The notes under the pieces are model-generated. The model did not search any database and was not told the origin of the DNA. It worked only from the letters and a program-made list of their open reading frames with translations. Source: Octopus vulgaris (lineage: Eukaryota). From it: a DNA stretch of 64,000 nucleotides. The stretch spans positions 39,680,001 through 39,744,000 of the forward strand of contig OX597814.1 of the NCBI GenBank assembly GCA_951406725.2. The letters run 5' to 3'. The translations under genes and the position numbers were made by a program. Positions within the stretch are counted from its first letter, which is position 1. Every line of letters begins with the position of its first letter. Positions 43,661 through 58,228 of the stretch are shown piece after piece.

Positions 43661-44119
43661 CGAAAAGACGAATCCTCACCGCACACGATGTGTTATCAAT
43701 ATCATAGTGAAAAAGAAAATGCATTATCAATGTTGGAATTGTGTGCGCGTGAAAAAGAAGCGAGAATACTCACACAAAGCATCATAACACTTTCAATATC
43801 AAATATATCTAATATATTATTAAAGTATTATTATTGAATTGAATGACGTTGAACAATTAGTTTTTTTTAAATCAATAACATTTTTTTCAAGAAAAAAATG
43901 GGAAGCAATTCAAGAGAAACATACTACTGGAGACGTTTATTTATTTATTTCGTTTCATTAATAATGTTTCACTTAATTTAAAGACATAAAATTAAAATCA
44001 TTTCTTTAGAGAAGATGTAATTTGAAAGAAATAAAAGCTTTTGTATTCTATTAAGGTATTGATCTACATTAATAATATGATTATTAGGAGTTAAATTTGG
44101 CATTTAAACATTTTCCTAC

Positions 44120-44136
44120 TATCATTACTGCTGCTG

Positions 44137-44186
<50 letters not shown>

Positions 44187-44354
44187 GGTACTGCTGCTGC
44201 TGCTACTGCTACTACTGCTACTACTACTACTACAACTACTACCACCACCGTTAATAATGAGGATGATGATGATGATGGTTATGATTATTATTATTATCAT
44301 TATTATTATTATTGTTGATGTTATTGTTATTGATATTATTAGTATTATTATTAC

Positions 44355-44447
<93 letters not shown>

Positions 44448-44450
44448 CAC
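44120..44450. repeat. Compound trinucleotide microsatellite (CTA/CTG/GAT/TTA)
   Basis: Directly visible. Confidence 0.95.
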
Positions 44451-44771
44451 AACAATAGCTACGACTACGAACACGAGGCCAAAGCTGTCATGTTGAAAGT
44501 TAATAATAGACTTTTCCGGAATTTATTCGTAGTGACATACCATAATTTTTAGGTAAGAGTAATGATTATGGTTGTGTAGGATAGAAAGTACAAATACAGT
44601 AATGACGTTCACTCTTCTAGCTATTCCATCTATCAACTTGTGATAGATGGAATATCTAGGAAAGTGAAGAAAATTAAGCAATATATATATATGTGTTTGT
44701 GTGTGTGCGTGTGTGTCTCTGTGTCTGTGTGTGCTTGAGTATGCATGCATGTATATGTGTGTGTGTGTTTG

Positions 44772-44856
44772 TATAAGGTTTCCGAGAATTAACTCTCCAT
44801 GAATTAATTATCTATAGTTAATTCACAGATAGTTAATTCTATGACAACCTGTGTAT
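44772..44856. mobile_element. Tiny TA-flanked palindromic MITE-like element
   Basis: AGGTT..AGAATTAACTCTCCATGAATTAATTAT-ct-ATAGTTAATTCACAGATAGTTAATTCT..AACCT, with TA at both ends. Confidence 0.5.
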
Positions 44857-45159
44857 ATATATTAAGATCTAACTAGAGAAATGAAGAGGTTGTGGAACAA
44901 ATGTGCAAATTATTCCTCTGATAATTGTTGCACGCCATACAACGTCCAAACTAGAGTTCATTACAACAACTGATATTAACGATGGTATTCTACCAGACTG
45001 CAAGGAAACATTCGTGAGACGGAGACATGTTACACAATCTTAGGATAACATCTTTATTAAATAAGGATGGGGTGACGTTTCTGCTATAATAATTATATAA
45101 TAAACAGCAGGAACAATACCATCAATAACACTAACAATAAGAGCAATCATAATAATAAC

Positions 45160-45226
<67 letters not shown>

Positions 45227-45229
45227 GTG

Positions 45230-47800
45230 ATTTATTTGTCTTTATGTCAATGTATGAAGGGTACAATACAAGGACAAGCATAAAGTGTGGGGTTTACGTA
45301 GAATAGAATTATTTTGATAAAAGGGGATACAAGTAAACGTAATATCCAAATACGCTAATGATATAGCAGCCCTAATACAAAGGGACATATATTTAGGGCC
45401 AATCGAGGAACCTCACGATTCCAAAAATCACCCTGATACAAGAGAAAGTGTTCTATTTTTGCCACTCGTGGACAACCCAACACTTGCTACGCTCACATTC
45501 CAGCTTAACTTGAAAAGTAGGCTAAAGAGGAGATATTTTACCCGCAAATCTTTCAATGTCATTCACCACGACAACCCCTTGGCAACATATGCCAGACATG
45601 GGAAAACTGATCTGTTAAAAGAGATCGGTGTAGCAACAATGATGATGATACAGCTTACAATTATAACTCTCCTACACGTGAAAGCACATGATCGACATAT
45701 CTCCAAAAATCACTTGTGCAGAATCAAAGAGAAGGCCTACCAACCTTTCTAGATGGAGACTGGGTCACAGCATGACAGAGGCGGTAAACTGACAGAGGCG
45801 ATATAAGATTTCACTATCACTAATCGACCTTTCACGGACAGCCTCGACTATTTCTGGATAAGCTGAACACCTTACTCGTTCCCATGTCCCAAACCTGGTT
45901 CACTGGAGGTCTGGACCGAGATAGAACCTGACCAACACCCTATGATGATGCACCACTTGTCTCGATTTGCTTTCGCTCCAGCCACACCTTGAAGTCCTTC
46001 AATATGGTGCCAATTGTCTCAAGATCGGTGCCTTCTACCACCTTGATTGGGACGTTAGCCAGAGGTACCAAGACGGTCAATCTACGCATCCTTGAGTGAA
46101 AAGGGATGCCACTTAGATATTCTAGCTTCCGCAAAACTGGTTTTGGTCCCATCACGTACGGAAGGATAAATTTGAGTGAGCAATCCCAAAAGGCTCACTT
46201 TAACCACTGAGTAGGTGCCACAGCTTTCCAACCTCTGAGGAGTGACCCAAAACTTATTACTTCCAGCATAGCTTTCGGTTAAAGATGATGACCACCACTG
46301 TTGATCATTTAGACGGATCTAAATTGATCAGTGCACCATCGAAGCCTATTTGATACACCGCCTTCTCTCTTCTCTATCATGCATTATATTGCATGTAGTG
46401 GAGGTTGTCGTGGATAGACTTATTTTCTGATCGCACACGTCCCACCAATAAATAGTTTCTTTGCTAAAACATTGGCCAAATATTATGCTATTTGTTTAGC
46501 AGTGTTATGGTTCAGACTGATAATTATTTTCCCCTTTCCATGTCTCTTCGCAGCAACTTTGACAATCCCTGGCTCATGAAAGTAGGAATTCTTCCGCTGA
46601 GTTGCCAATTGCAGTACACGTCTGATAGGTAGGAACTAAACCCCGCTCACATCACCGATTTACCACCAGCAAGAAAAGTCGGACTAGGTGCTACTGGCAA
46701 TAAAACACCCTCATCACAATCCGACACAGAAATGATTATTGTGACCGTGTCTCGTTTCCGCCACATAAGCCCATCGAACATGTTTCTTTCTCACGTGTTT
46801 AGTCTCAGGAGCCTTAACTCTCAAAATGGAAGCTTTACGTGTCGCTTCGAAGAAAACATCAAATTCTCTACTCATGCTAACACGTCGGTGGTGATGACTT
46901 TACTAATTGCTTCTCATAGATTGCTAGTTAATTCTCTTCCCCCACCATTCTATTTCACTCTATTAATATCTCTTTGCCAAACGCTATCGATTCTGATTTA
47001 CTTGTCCTCTTCAGTGAGCCCACCACTTAACTAATTCTCAAATATAGCTTTTGCATCCAACTTTCATTAACCGGCACCTTGTCTGTTGGTTGTATCTAAT
47101 ACGGCTGAACAGATCCCAAACTTGTGTTCTGAGAAACTGTCTAGTATAAGTTCTAAACATACTATGCTATCCCCGTACTCTAGCCCAATAACAACTCAAT
47201 TTAATTTGAACTGGATGACTAAATGTCGTCGCTCCATATGCATTTTGGCACTTTGGCACATGCTGGATATCTAGTTGGCTCTTATAGAATAGCTTTAAAT
47301 GCCTGTGCAGCTTTTAGAGTTTTTGCGCTCCTTCCATGCATTACACCCACACAATACCATCCTTCGTCTTAAATAAATTTCTATCTTGTGTCGTGATAAA
47401 AAGTTGGACGTCCTGTGAAATGTTTCTAGGAGTCTGAAGAAATCAGATCGACCTGCTTCTCGCTTATCCAAGATGGCCACAATCCGAAAGTACCACCTTC
47501 GCTACCATTCACATCCAGGACCACCAGCCTACTATCTGGGTTCGGGAAGATGGCTTATATTTTGAGGTTCCAGGATTCCAAACCGGTCTTCCATTCGACT
47601 ACCCAAATCCGACTAAAAGCATGATGGCAAATCTTCGAAAATGGATGTTACGGTGTGTGCTCCAGATATCTGTATCTCGTTAACAAGTGGTGCATCTATA
47701 CCTAACTATCTGAGGTCGTTTAACGACGGACCTTGCGTTGTAACCGAAGCCGGGCACCGAACATATACTCAACCTACTGTAAGAGTAGCCAATTTATGTC
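45230..47800 (-). mobile_element. Heavily decayed Tx1/L1-clade LINE (endonuclease/RT remnants; ORF1 relic may extend to about 49500)
   Basis: Minus-strand remnants include ITLLN..ILANVLAKKL, SIHDNLHYM and GALINLD.SK. The 3' region resembles the element at 50262-51690. The 3' end abuts an (AAT)n tract. Confidence 0.6.
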
Positions 47801-48849
47801 AGAGAAAGTTTATGGAAGAGGCAGTTTACGGATCCTCGTGTGTACATTATGAAATAATCTGTTTTTCGCAGAGGAGGACGTAGGAATTGACCCCAATATT
47901 TTCTTAACACATTTATTGCCTCTAGTTATTTTTCTTTTAGAAGATAAATCACTTTTGGAGTGGAGGAAATCGTCATCCGCCACATCCTTCTTCAAAATAT
48001 ATTTCTTACTAATTCCGATGTTGCTCGGAATAACAATGACGTTGAGAAAGGATATTTCTTCATGATTGTGTGACTGTGTAGTCATGTTGTTGTTTGAATG
48101 TTTACTGCTTGATTTTATCGTAATAATGGTGTTTATGTGGGTGTGTTATGTGGCGAGTTTTCTAGCTCTCTGGGCATTCTATCTCTACGTGTTTTCTATC
48201 ACATCATCTTTAATTTAAGACAACCTCTATTTGTTTGAGACTGAGGTCTCCTTTTCTCCCTAACAAAAACCTTTCGAAACGATTTCATTAGTCTTTCATC
48301 TATTGATGGTGTTTTCATTCGTGAGTCACATGAAAGAGGTATGTGCGAATTTGTTTCTCAATTTTGAATTACTTTTGTATGAAGGAAGTTTTCATTATTT
48401 TTAATGGAGTTGGTATTATCAGTGGACAGTGACAGGCTTTCTCCAGTTCTGTACAGAAATCTTCCATATTGTTTGAATTTTAACACAAAGCATTTGGGCT
48501 TATTGCCCTCATTTACCATCGGCATTTGCTTGCAATCTCCGAAAGAGAAAAGATTGAAAATACAGGTGACGCTCTTGGAGTAAAAGATTAACTAGAATTA
48601 CATCACAATCCCATTTATGTTGAGTTAAAGGATGAATTATCTCTCCATGTCTCCTCTGGTCCTCGAAAAGACCATGTCACTTGTCTGATCCTTGTGAACC
48701 GGCATATTATAAATCAAATTTGAGTTAATCTCATGCCTATAATTAAAGGAATAATGATAAAAATTCTTGGAGTTTCTGGTTATTATTGCCATTGTTTGAG
48801 TGTTCTTGTCACTGTTACTGAGGGTAGCTAACGTTCCACAATGTTATTC

Positions 48850-48923
<74 letters not shown>

Positions 48924-49924
48924 CAATAAGGGAACATGCACTGCAGAACTTTTCCCAATTCTACCAAGGAAGTGTATTTAAGTCTTCTGTATTTTAACAG
49001 ATGCATTTAGACCGTAATGCTTGCTTAGGTGAGCTTGCCTTTTCCTCATTAAGAGACGTTATTCCAGCTTTAACAATGCTTTCTTTTTATTGCGATACTT
49101 TATTTTTCAAATGTAGTGAATGAATTGCCCACTGGGTACCTGCCTTCAACGAAAATAGTGTTTTGTTCAATGAATTTGTTGTTACTGTCATCACACTTTG
49201 GGGACTGTTTTCATTGATCTCACTGCTGTTGCGTTTGTTCACGATGGTCATCTCATTCTTGATCCTGTTGTTTTTGGTTTCGTTTTCATTTGTCTTGCAA
49301 TATTAATTTTGTTGATGTTCTCGCTCTTGTTGATGTTGCTGTTGTTTACTTTTGTTGTTCACGTTGACATTACTGTACTTGTGCTTGATTCTTTTGTTAG
49401 TGCTGCCATAGGTTGTTTGCTCTGTGATCAGACTACACTAAGCGTGTGATACACACTTTCATAACCTCGTCGTTGCTCCCATTCAAGCATCTTTCACTGT
49501 TGTATTTTCTCCACGCCTAAATCAATCAAATAACATTAAAAGCAATACATTTTATGGGCGATTCCCCCAAGAAATAAAGGACTTTAAACAAAGGTGAACT
49601 CATCAGCAGTTAGCGGAACCAATCCTTTCCACGATTATGCAAAAATGAAACATAAAAATGCCGTCCTCATGGATAAACACTAGTTTGAAAAACAAAAAAA
49701 TTCTAGGATTGACGTTCAGCTTAGCTTACCCAGTCACGATGATGATGATGATGATGATGATTCGGATGTTTAGGATGATGATGATTAGGATGATTAGGAT
49801 GATGATGATAATGACGGCGACGATGAAGATGATGATTATAATTAGTAGTTATAGTATTAATAATAGTAATACTGAAAATAATTGTCTAAAATAATTATAA
49901 TCATAAAATACAAATAATAATATG

Positions 49925-50095
49925 GTTTTAGATTTTGACAAAGAGCCAGCAATTTCTTAGACGGGTTAATTAGACGATGACACTGGCTTTACTGGTATTT
50001 TATGTTATCAATCCGAGAGGGGTGAAAAGCACAGTTGACCGCAGCGGATCTGAATTGGTAGAAGAAATGTCACGAGTAACTTTTTCCGAAACTGC
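49925..50095 (-). mobile_element. Decayed tRNA-derived SINE
   Basis: The reverse complement contains TTCAGATCCGCTGCGGTCAACTGTGCTTTTCACCCCTCTCGGATTGATAA...ATACCAG, the family of 14260-14465. Confidence 0.6.
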
Positions 50096-50194
50096 TTTAA
50101 TGATGACAACAACAACAACAACAACAACAAAATAGCAACAACAACAACAATAATAATAGCAACAATAACAATAATAATAATAATAATAATAATA

Positions 50195-50232
<38 letters not shown>

Positions 50233-50261
50233 CATTATTATTATTATTATTATTATTGTAA

Positions 50262-51690
50262 TTTATTCATTATTGACCTGAAGGGCTAATATATGCAAAT
50301 ATAAAAGGATATACAATGATAATAAAAAAAAATGGACGTTACACTGGGTTTTGAAATTCGAGTAAATAACGATAAAAAAATTAAGCAGGTAAAACCTCCA
50401 ATAGGGGGAGACGCATTAAATGTTACTCGTGGAAAACCCCACAAAAGCCACGGGTGCCTGATCAACAGGGAAAGAGCCCTTCTTTAATATTTCAGAAGGG
50501 TATCCTTTCACACTGACCATTTTTTCAGTAGTTACTCACCTTTCAATAAAATTACTATTAGACAACACTTACTTCTCCCCACTCGCTTTCCTCTTTAAGC
50601 GAAACTTGAAGAATTTGATGAGGGCTTGGCCAAAGACAAAGTGTCTGACTTTAGCCCTTTCAAACGCGTCCACTATACTACCTCTTTCACTACAGCTTCT
50701 AGACAAAAATTGCCTGCTTCTCCCAGCCAAAGGGGGGGGGGTGATGGGGCAATCTTCAATATGGATCTAGTTGATAGCCGGATCCGTCCTAAACGTGACA
50801 GCAAGTGTTCGACGTATACCCACAGGCCAGCAAGCTCGGGCACGGGATGAGGGCGTACAGAATGGTTTCATCGCTCTGCGCACGACTCGGGCAGGCCCGA
50901 CTGACGGAACTTCCGTGCCTGTACAGTTTATCCTGAATGGGCTGCCCCCCTCGGTAGCACTTCTAGGCAAGGAATTTCTGGATTTTATCCATAGGCACAG
51001 GTCCGAAAGCTCTCCGGAACAGACAATTAAGTTGATTCTCGTCGACGCTTAGTGTTTCACCGAGAACGTCGTCACACTTTCCCTCCTCTAACCCTCCATA
51101 GGTCGATAGATTAGAGTTACCAACGACCACATTGCTCGCTTGGCAAGGGGCTGTGAGCGCTTGACGGCACATTAGGCGCCGAGCGCTCCTCCTTTGTCTA
51201 CGCCTAATCCAGGATTGCAGCTCAGTCAAATGACGAGCTGTGCAAGAGAGTGTCTGACAAACGGCGGCCACACATGCTCATCGTCAAGGAAACGCAGGAG
51301 ATACCGTAGCCTGAGCGCATGTCTGCACATCAGCAACCACAGCACGCCCAGGTCCCCATTCAGATAATGCTGACAGCAGGTGACCAGTGGAACGCGTCCC
51401 TTCTACAGGCACCGGAAGAGTAAGCACACAAGCTTTGTCAACCAGCAAATGGATCAACTCTTTTCTTAGTAATATAGACATAAGATCTGAAATTTTGAGG
51501 AGGTATTGGATTCCATCAATAGTTTTCCACAGTACTTAATAGATGCTTTATTATATCGCCACCCGGGGTGGTGGGGAGGTGAATGCCAAAGGTGACCTCT
51601 AGGGGATTTGACCTTAGAATGCAAGGAATAAGAGCAAATTTTCCAAAGCACTTTTGCTGGTGCCTTAATGATTTTGTGTTTACATGGCTC
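50262..51690 (-). mobile_element. 5'-truncated Tx1/L1-clade LINE (zf-RVT end and 3' UTR)
   Basis: A GC-richer island. The minus strand reads LA*KCYRGGQPIQDKLYRHGSSVSRACP...DETILYAL..C, then LWVYVEHLLSR and KEVV*WTR, typical of the L1/Tx1 zinc-binding C-terminus. It has an AATAAA and (AAT)n tail, with TAA-type tracts on both sides. Confidence 0.75.
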
Positions 51691-51719
51691 TAATAATAAT
51701 ATCAAAAACAACTGGGATA

Positions 51720-52137
<418 letters not shown>

Positions 52138-52884
52138 ACAGTAACAATAATACACGTTGCTTATGATATACCGTTACTAAATTAATTGAATGTATTTTAC
52201 AGATGGGTAAAAGTAAGAATGTAAAGAAAGATTGATATTGAAAGAAATTCATTATAAAGAATAAGAAAGTTTCCCTTATTTCAACGGTATTTGTCAGCCA
52301 TTTCAAGCCATTTCTTTGAAAACAATCAATAAAAAACAGGTGTTCGTTCGTTTTGTAAAATAGCAATACTATAATTTTTTTAAACGTTGTTAAACTATAC
52401 GCATAGAGCATATGTTAGTTTGAATACTTTTTGATGTTAAGACTTGTCATATGTAGAACGGGTTAGAAGTTATTAGAGAAATATGAAGTGAAGCATTACC
52501 GCATAACCATATACGCTTCATGTTTGCTCGACGTTCCACGCATTTTGGCACCTCTCCGAATTCGGTGCTGTTCTATTTAATTGCCTGTTTCCTACGTCCG
52601 ATGTTAATCCATAATCCATAATAACCTTCCAAATAGGAACAAATCAATAACATGGATTAAGTCAGTGATTTATTTTGGTAGGTAGCACGAACACTCACAT
52701 CATATTCCTCCTCTTCATGCATATAATTATACATACACTCACAACCTCACACACACGAATCCCCACTTAGAATGCAACTAGATTATTACCGTGATAATCG
52801 AACACTCCCTCATTTCTCTCTAACATACATACATACGTACATAGATATTTGTGTGTATGTGTGTGTGTGAGAGAGAACGTGTGG

Positions 52885-53340
52885 GAAGGAATGCGGATTA
52901 GTGGTTAGGTTATTCACCTCACGATCGTCAGATTTTCAGATCTTGAGTTCGAAAAGCGGCGAAACAAATTCTTTATTTCAGGATGCTACAGTCCACTCGC
53001 CTGGCAAAAATAAGTACCACCCGTAATTCAAATAACCAGCCTTGTCACGTTCTCTGTCTTGCTGAACTGCGTTAAAGGTACACGTATCTATGGCGTGCTC
53101 AACCACTTGAACGTTAACTTCACGAGGAGAATGTTCTGTTGATAGCATTAATTGAAACCCCCTCTTATTTTTTTCCTCCATCTTCTTTCTTTGGATCTTT
53201 CCTATTCCTATGTTTCTGACGAAGACCTCCGCTCGAAACGTTAAACCCTCCTTCTTTTCTTCTTTCCTGAGCGTCTAATAACACTATACATATTCCAAGT
53301 CCTCGCGTTGTGTTTTCTCTTTTTATTTTCATGTTTGGAT

Positions 53341-53346
<6 letters not shown>
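52885..53346 (+). mobile_element. tRNA-headed SINE followed by a hammerhead-bearing tail, ending in (TA)n
   Basis: Head GCGGATTAGTGGTTAGG...GAGTTCGAA and body AATAAGTAC. The tail carries the motif at 53212-53246. Confidence 0.65.
53212..53246 (+). ncRNA. Putative minimal type I hammerhead ribozyme
   Basis: GTTT-CTGACGA-AGACCTCCGCTC-GAAA-CG-TT-AAAC. Stem I is GTTT/AAAC, the core is intact, stem III is palindromic (AACGTT) and the site is GUU. Stem II has one mismatch. Confidence 0.65.
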
Positions 53347-53378
<32 letters not shown>

Positions 53379-53439
53379 CCTTAAAAAATCCTTTAAAATG
53401 TTTTAGCCCGAAGGCCGCGGCCATGCTGGGGCACCATCG

Positions 53440-53440
<1 letters not shown>

Positions 53441-53491
<51 letters not shown>

Positions 53492-53513
53492 TTGCATATA
53501 TATATGTATATCC

Positions 53514-53581
<68 letters not shown>

Positions 53582-53707
53582 GTATATGTATATATATATA
53601 TGTCTATGTATGCATATGTATATATATATATACATGTATATGTATATGTATATATATATATACATATATATGTATATGTATATATATATACATATACATA
53701 TATATGT

Positions 53708-53741
<34 letters not shown>

Positions 53742-53800
53742 GTATATATATATGTACATATATATGTATATATATATGTATATATATATATATATGTATA
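53441..53800. repeat. Long interrupted (TA)n tract
   Basis: Directly visible. Comparable tracts lie at about 18150-18470, 38040-38270 and throughout 54700-59900. Confidence 0.95.
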
Positions 53801-54707
53801 TAATGGACACACGCACACATACACATGCACAAACATACACACACTCATATATATATATATATGGCGATATATCTGTTTGAATATATACATATATAGAGAG
53901 ACAATAATGCTAAACTGATATATCGATAAGTAGGCAGAGAGGGATACATAATGAAGGAAACAAGCAGTAATTTTACATCACTGTGGAATAAAATACAGAC
54001 ACACACGTACGCAAGCACACACACAAACACAGACACATACACACAGACACACACATACCTACGCGTGCGCGCGCACAAGCATGAATTATACGCGAAGAAA
54101 TTCCACAGGTCATGTACATAATAGACATACATTACAAAGAGATCTACTTCTCTGATAAAACCTTCCATTTATGATGATAAACCATTGTACTCATCATTAG
54201 TATGTACATATACTAAACGAGATATTAGATATCTGTAACAGAATGAGACGAGGTGTTCTTCTCATGGTCCTGATATAGTTAGAATATGCAGTACTCTGTT
54301 CCAAATAGCTGCAGTGGTGAAACAGAAGTAGTAATTTATACTTTAAACCTGAATTTATAACTAAATTTTCTGTAAGTAGATCTGTGAGTAAAACTAAATT
54401 TTCTGTACGTAGATCTTAAACTATGAAAATTTTAGTGTCATTCAATTTACTATTTTGAAATTAGCATACTAAAATATCTGTTAGCAGTTTAGATATCCTA
54501 AATAAGAAAGAAAATGGAGAAACGACCACATTCAAGAGTTGCATTTCATTATGTCCTATAGTCGAGCTCAGTTATTTTACTCGCTTTTATAAAGAAAGAT
54601 ATTCTTACATCCGACAGTTTCTTTATTTGTCTGAAATTTTCCCGCTTCTCGTCTTTCTTTCTATTTCTCTATCTCTCTCTCAACAAACACACACGGAAAA
54701 ACAAACG

Positions 54708-54739
<32 letters not shown>

Positions 54740-54765
54740 GATATATTAAAATATATATGCATATA

Positions 54766-54831
<66 letters not shown>

Positions 54832-54977
54832 TATATGATCATATGTAAAAAAAAAAAAATACAGGAGTAAGCACATAAATGCAAAAGAATGGTGGAAAAT
54901 ATTACTCGAATACCGAAGTGCAAAATTGCTAATATATATGCATGTTTATATGTATGAATGTATGTATGTATTTATAC

Positions 54978-55026
<49 letters not shown>

Positions 55027-55115
55027 TATATATGTACAGATATATATATATATATATATATATGTATTTATGTATACATATGCATATGTGTATATGTGTA
55101 TATATATAAATATAT

Positions 55116-55189
<74 letters not shown>

Positions 55190-55639
55190 ATATATCAATA
55201 AATTAGGTCATGGACTAGGTAAAATCCAGACAACATATGCCTCATACCTAGCAGAGTATCGGACACAGTTATTATTCAAACGAGGGTTGGAGTGCAAATT
55301 ATTCTTGAGGGTGCTTTCTTTACATTAAGGTTATATTATCATTAGGTGACACCTATCAGAATGAGGAGAAAACTGAAATCGAGAGGAAAATATATATGTA
55401 TCTGTGTGTGTATATAGGTGTATATGTATACATGTGTGTAAATATACATATATATGTGTGTGTGTGTGTGTTTTTCTATGCGTGCATGCTTTTATATATA
55501 TAAATAAATATATATATGCATAAATAAAGATATAGACATACAATCAGCATACGCTTGTTTAAACTCTGTATCTTATATGTTTGCATGCATTTATGTATTA
55601 AACATGCGTACGTACACAAACATGCACACACGTACATAT

Positions 55640-55693
<54 letters not shown>

Positions 55694-55781
55694 TATACAT
55701 GCATGTTAGTGTGTAAATATATAAACATGTGCATACATATATATGAGCATCAATATAAGCATTATTGTATGCTTCTTGCTT

Positions 55782-55839
<58 letters not shown>

Positions 55840-56337
55840 ATTTGCATAGAAATAAAAAATCACAATGGTTATGTTTAAGTAACAAGAATGCTGAAATATC
55901 TATAGGCATAAACCATGTATGAAGAAAATTCAGTATGAAAATTTTTCACCTGATATACATATTTATGTGTGTGAGTGAATATAGATATATATATATATAT
56001 ATATTCATATATACACTCATACGCATTCATCTTTATATGTATATATATATATTTATTTATTTATGTATATATTTAATATATGTATACATGTATGTATACA
56101 TGTACACAAGAATATAGATTGCGAATTAAAAGTAGCTCTAGTAATATAAAAATTATCGCTCGCAAATAGTTATTGCATGTAGTATATATATACACTCATC
56201 CCTGTAGGCTAGCGTCTACAGAGGTTACTCCACTTCTTGCAGGATCCTTTGAATGGTCGCTATGCAACAACAAATTAGCGTATAAACTATACTCGACCAC
56301 TATGTCCCACCGTTAATGTTTATACGTGTATGTATGC

Positions 56338-56386
<49 letters not shown>

Positions 56387-56400
56387 TGTATTTATATATG

Positions 56401-56449
<49 letters not shown>

Positions 56450-56650
56450 GTACATATATATATATATATATATATTTATAAATATATATATATAGATAGA
56501 TAGATAGTTAGATAGATATACAATCAACATACGCTTGTTTAAACTTTGTATATCATATGTTTGTGCGTATTAATGTATTATACATGCATATATCCATACA
56601 TTCTTATACACACATATGCACACACATATATAATATGAATATATATAATA

Positions 56651-56696
<46 letters not shown>

Positions 56697-56769
56697 TGTG
56701 CATTCATATGAGCGTCAGTGTATTCATTTTTTGTATGCTTGTTGCTTACATACACACATATGTATACAT

Positions 56770-56945
56770 AGCCACTACACATTCTTTATTTTCTCTCCTT
56801 GTTTCTTTCTGTGTTCTTTTCTGTGGAAGAACGTAGGCTCCAAAAGTTTAAAATCTTATTCACTTGTCGTGCGTTATATTAGTACATCATTTTGTTGTCT
56901 ACACCACCTGTTTTCCTCTTTTGTTTTTTTTTGTGAATTCTCCCT
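56770..56945 (+). mobile_element. Short TA-associated repeat with a degenerate hammerhead-like motif (same family as 63134-63330)
   Basis: CACTACACATTCTTTATTTTCTCTCCTT...TTTCTGTGGAAGAACGTAGGCTCCAAAAGTTTAAA matches the reverse complement of 63134-63330. Confidence 0.75.
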
Positions 56946-56947
56946 TT

Positions 56948-57006
<59 letters not shown>

Positions 57007-57367
57007 GTAGATATTATTGTATTACTGTATGTATTTATGTAACTCTTCAAGCTTGAGACTTGAGGTTTCAGCTCTTAGTAAAATACAAAATGCCTTTGAT
57101 GTGTGTATTTGAATTCAGCTTCAAAAGTTTATTTTATCTTTCAACACTCCTCCAAATTCTGATTCGTTTGAAACCTTATGAAATCCAAATATTTTGATAT
57201 ATTAATTAATTATTTGTGAATGTGAAGTGTCAGCATACGGAAACATATATGTGTGTGTACGTGTGTGTGGGCGTGTGTTTGTGTGTGTATGTATTTGTAA
57301 GTGTATATATACACCGGTATAATTACATACACACACACACACATATATATTTATAGTTATATGTATA

Positions 57368-57405
<38 letters not shown>

Positions 57406-58013
57406 CATACATATTGTTTTTTACAAACGCACACACACAAACACATATGCATACTCATTTTTTTCGTGCGTATGTTTTGTGTATGTGAAAGCGTTACGTG
57501 TATATTGAAGAAAATATTTTTTATTGTATGCAAATATGTGTGATTATGTGTATGCGTTATTATGTATGATTGTATTTACATATGGTTTTATGCGAGTTTC
57601 ATCCTGCTATTTTTTTTTTTAAGTAGTGTTTTGCATATAATACCTCAAGTGAAATTTCTTCGTCGATGGAAATATTCCGCTTTAAGCATCTAACAAGAAG
57701 AGTTTTGCTATGGAAATTCTAATGAAGCATTGAAGGAAACAAATGAACATTTGAATGTATCCGAAACAAATTCCATTCTCAATTTAAATCAATCTCATTT
57801 ACTTCGGTGCATTGGAATCTTCTTTGCATCGAAATACAAAATTACAAACGTTATGATTAAGTAACAAGAATGTTGAAATATATCGAGACATAAAACATGG
57901 ACGCATTATTAAAATGTCTTATCCTGATATGCGAATTTATGCGTGTGAGTGTACACACACACATACACACACGCACACACATATATATATACATATACAT
58001 ATGTTCATGCAGT

Positions 58014-58051
<38 letters not shown>

Positions 58052-58120
58052 TGTATATATACGTATACATATATATATATATACATATATGTATACATAA
58101 CTATATATATGTATGTATAT

Positions 58121-58228
<108 letters not shown>

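Noticed and set aside
54358-54416. Short tandem duplication AACTAAATTTTCTGTA.GTAGATCT x2 (also 4666-4711)
   Set aside because: Ordinary slippage duplications with no further structure.
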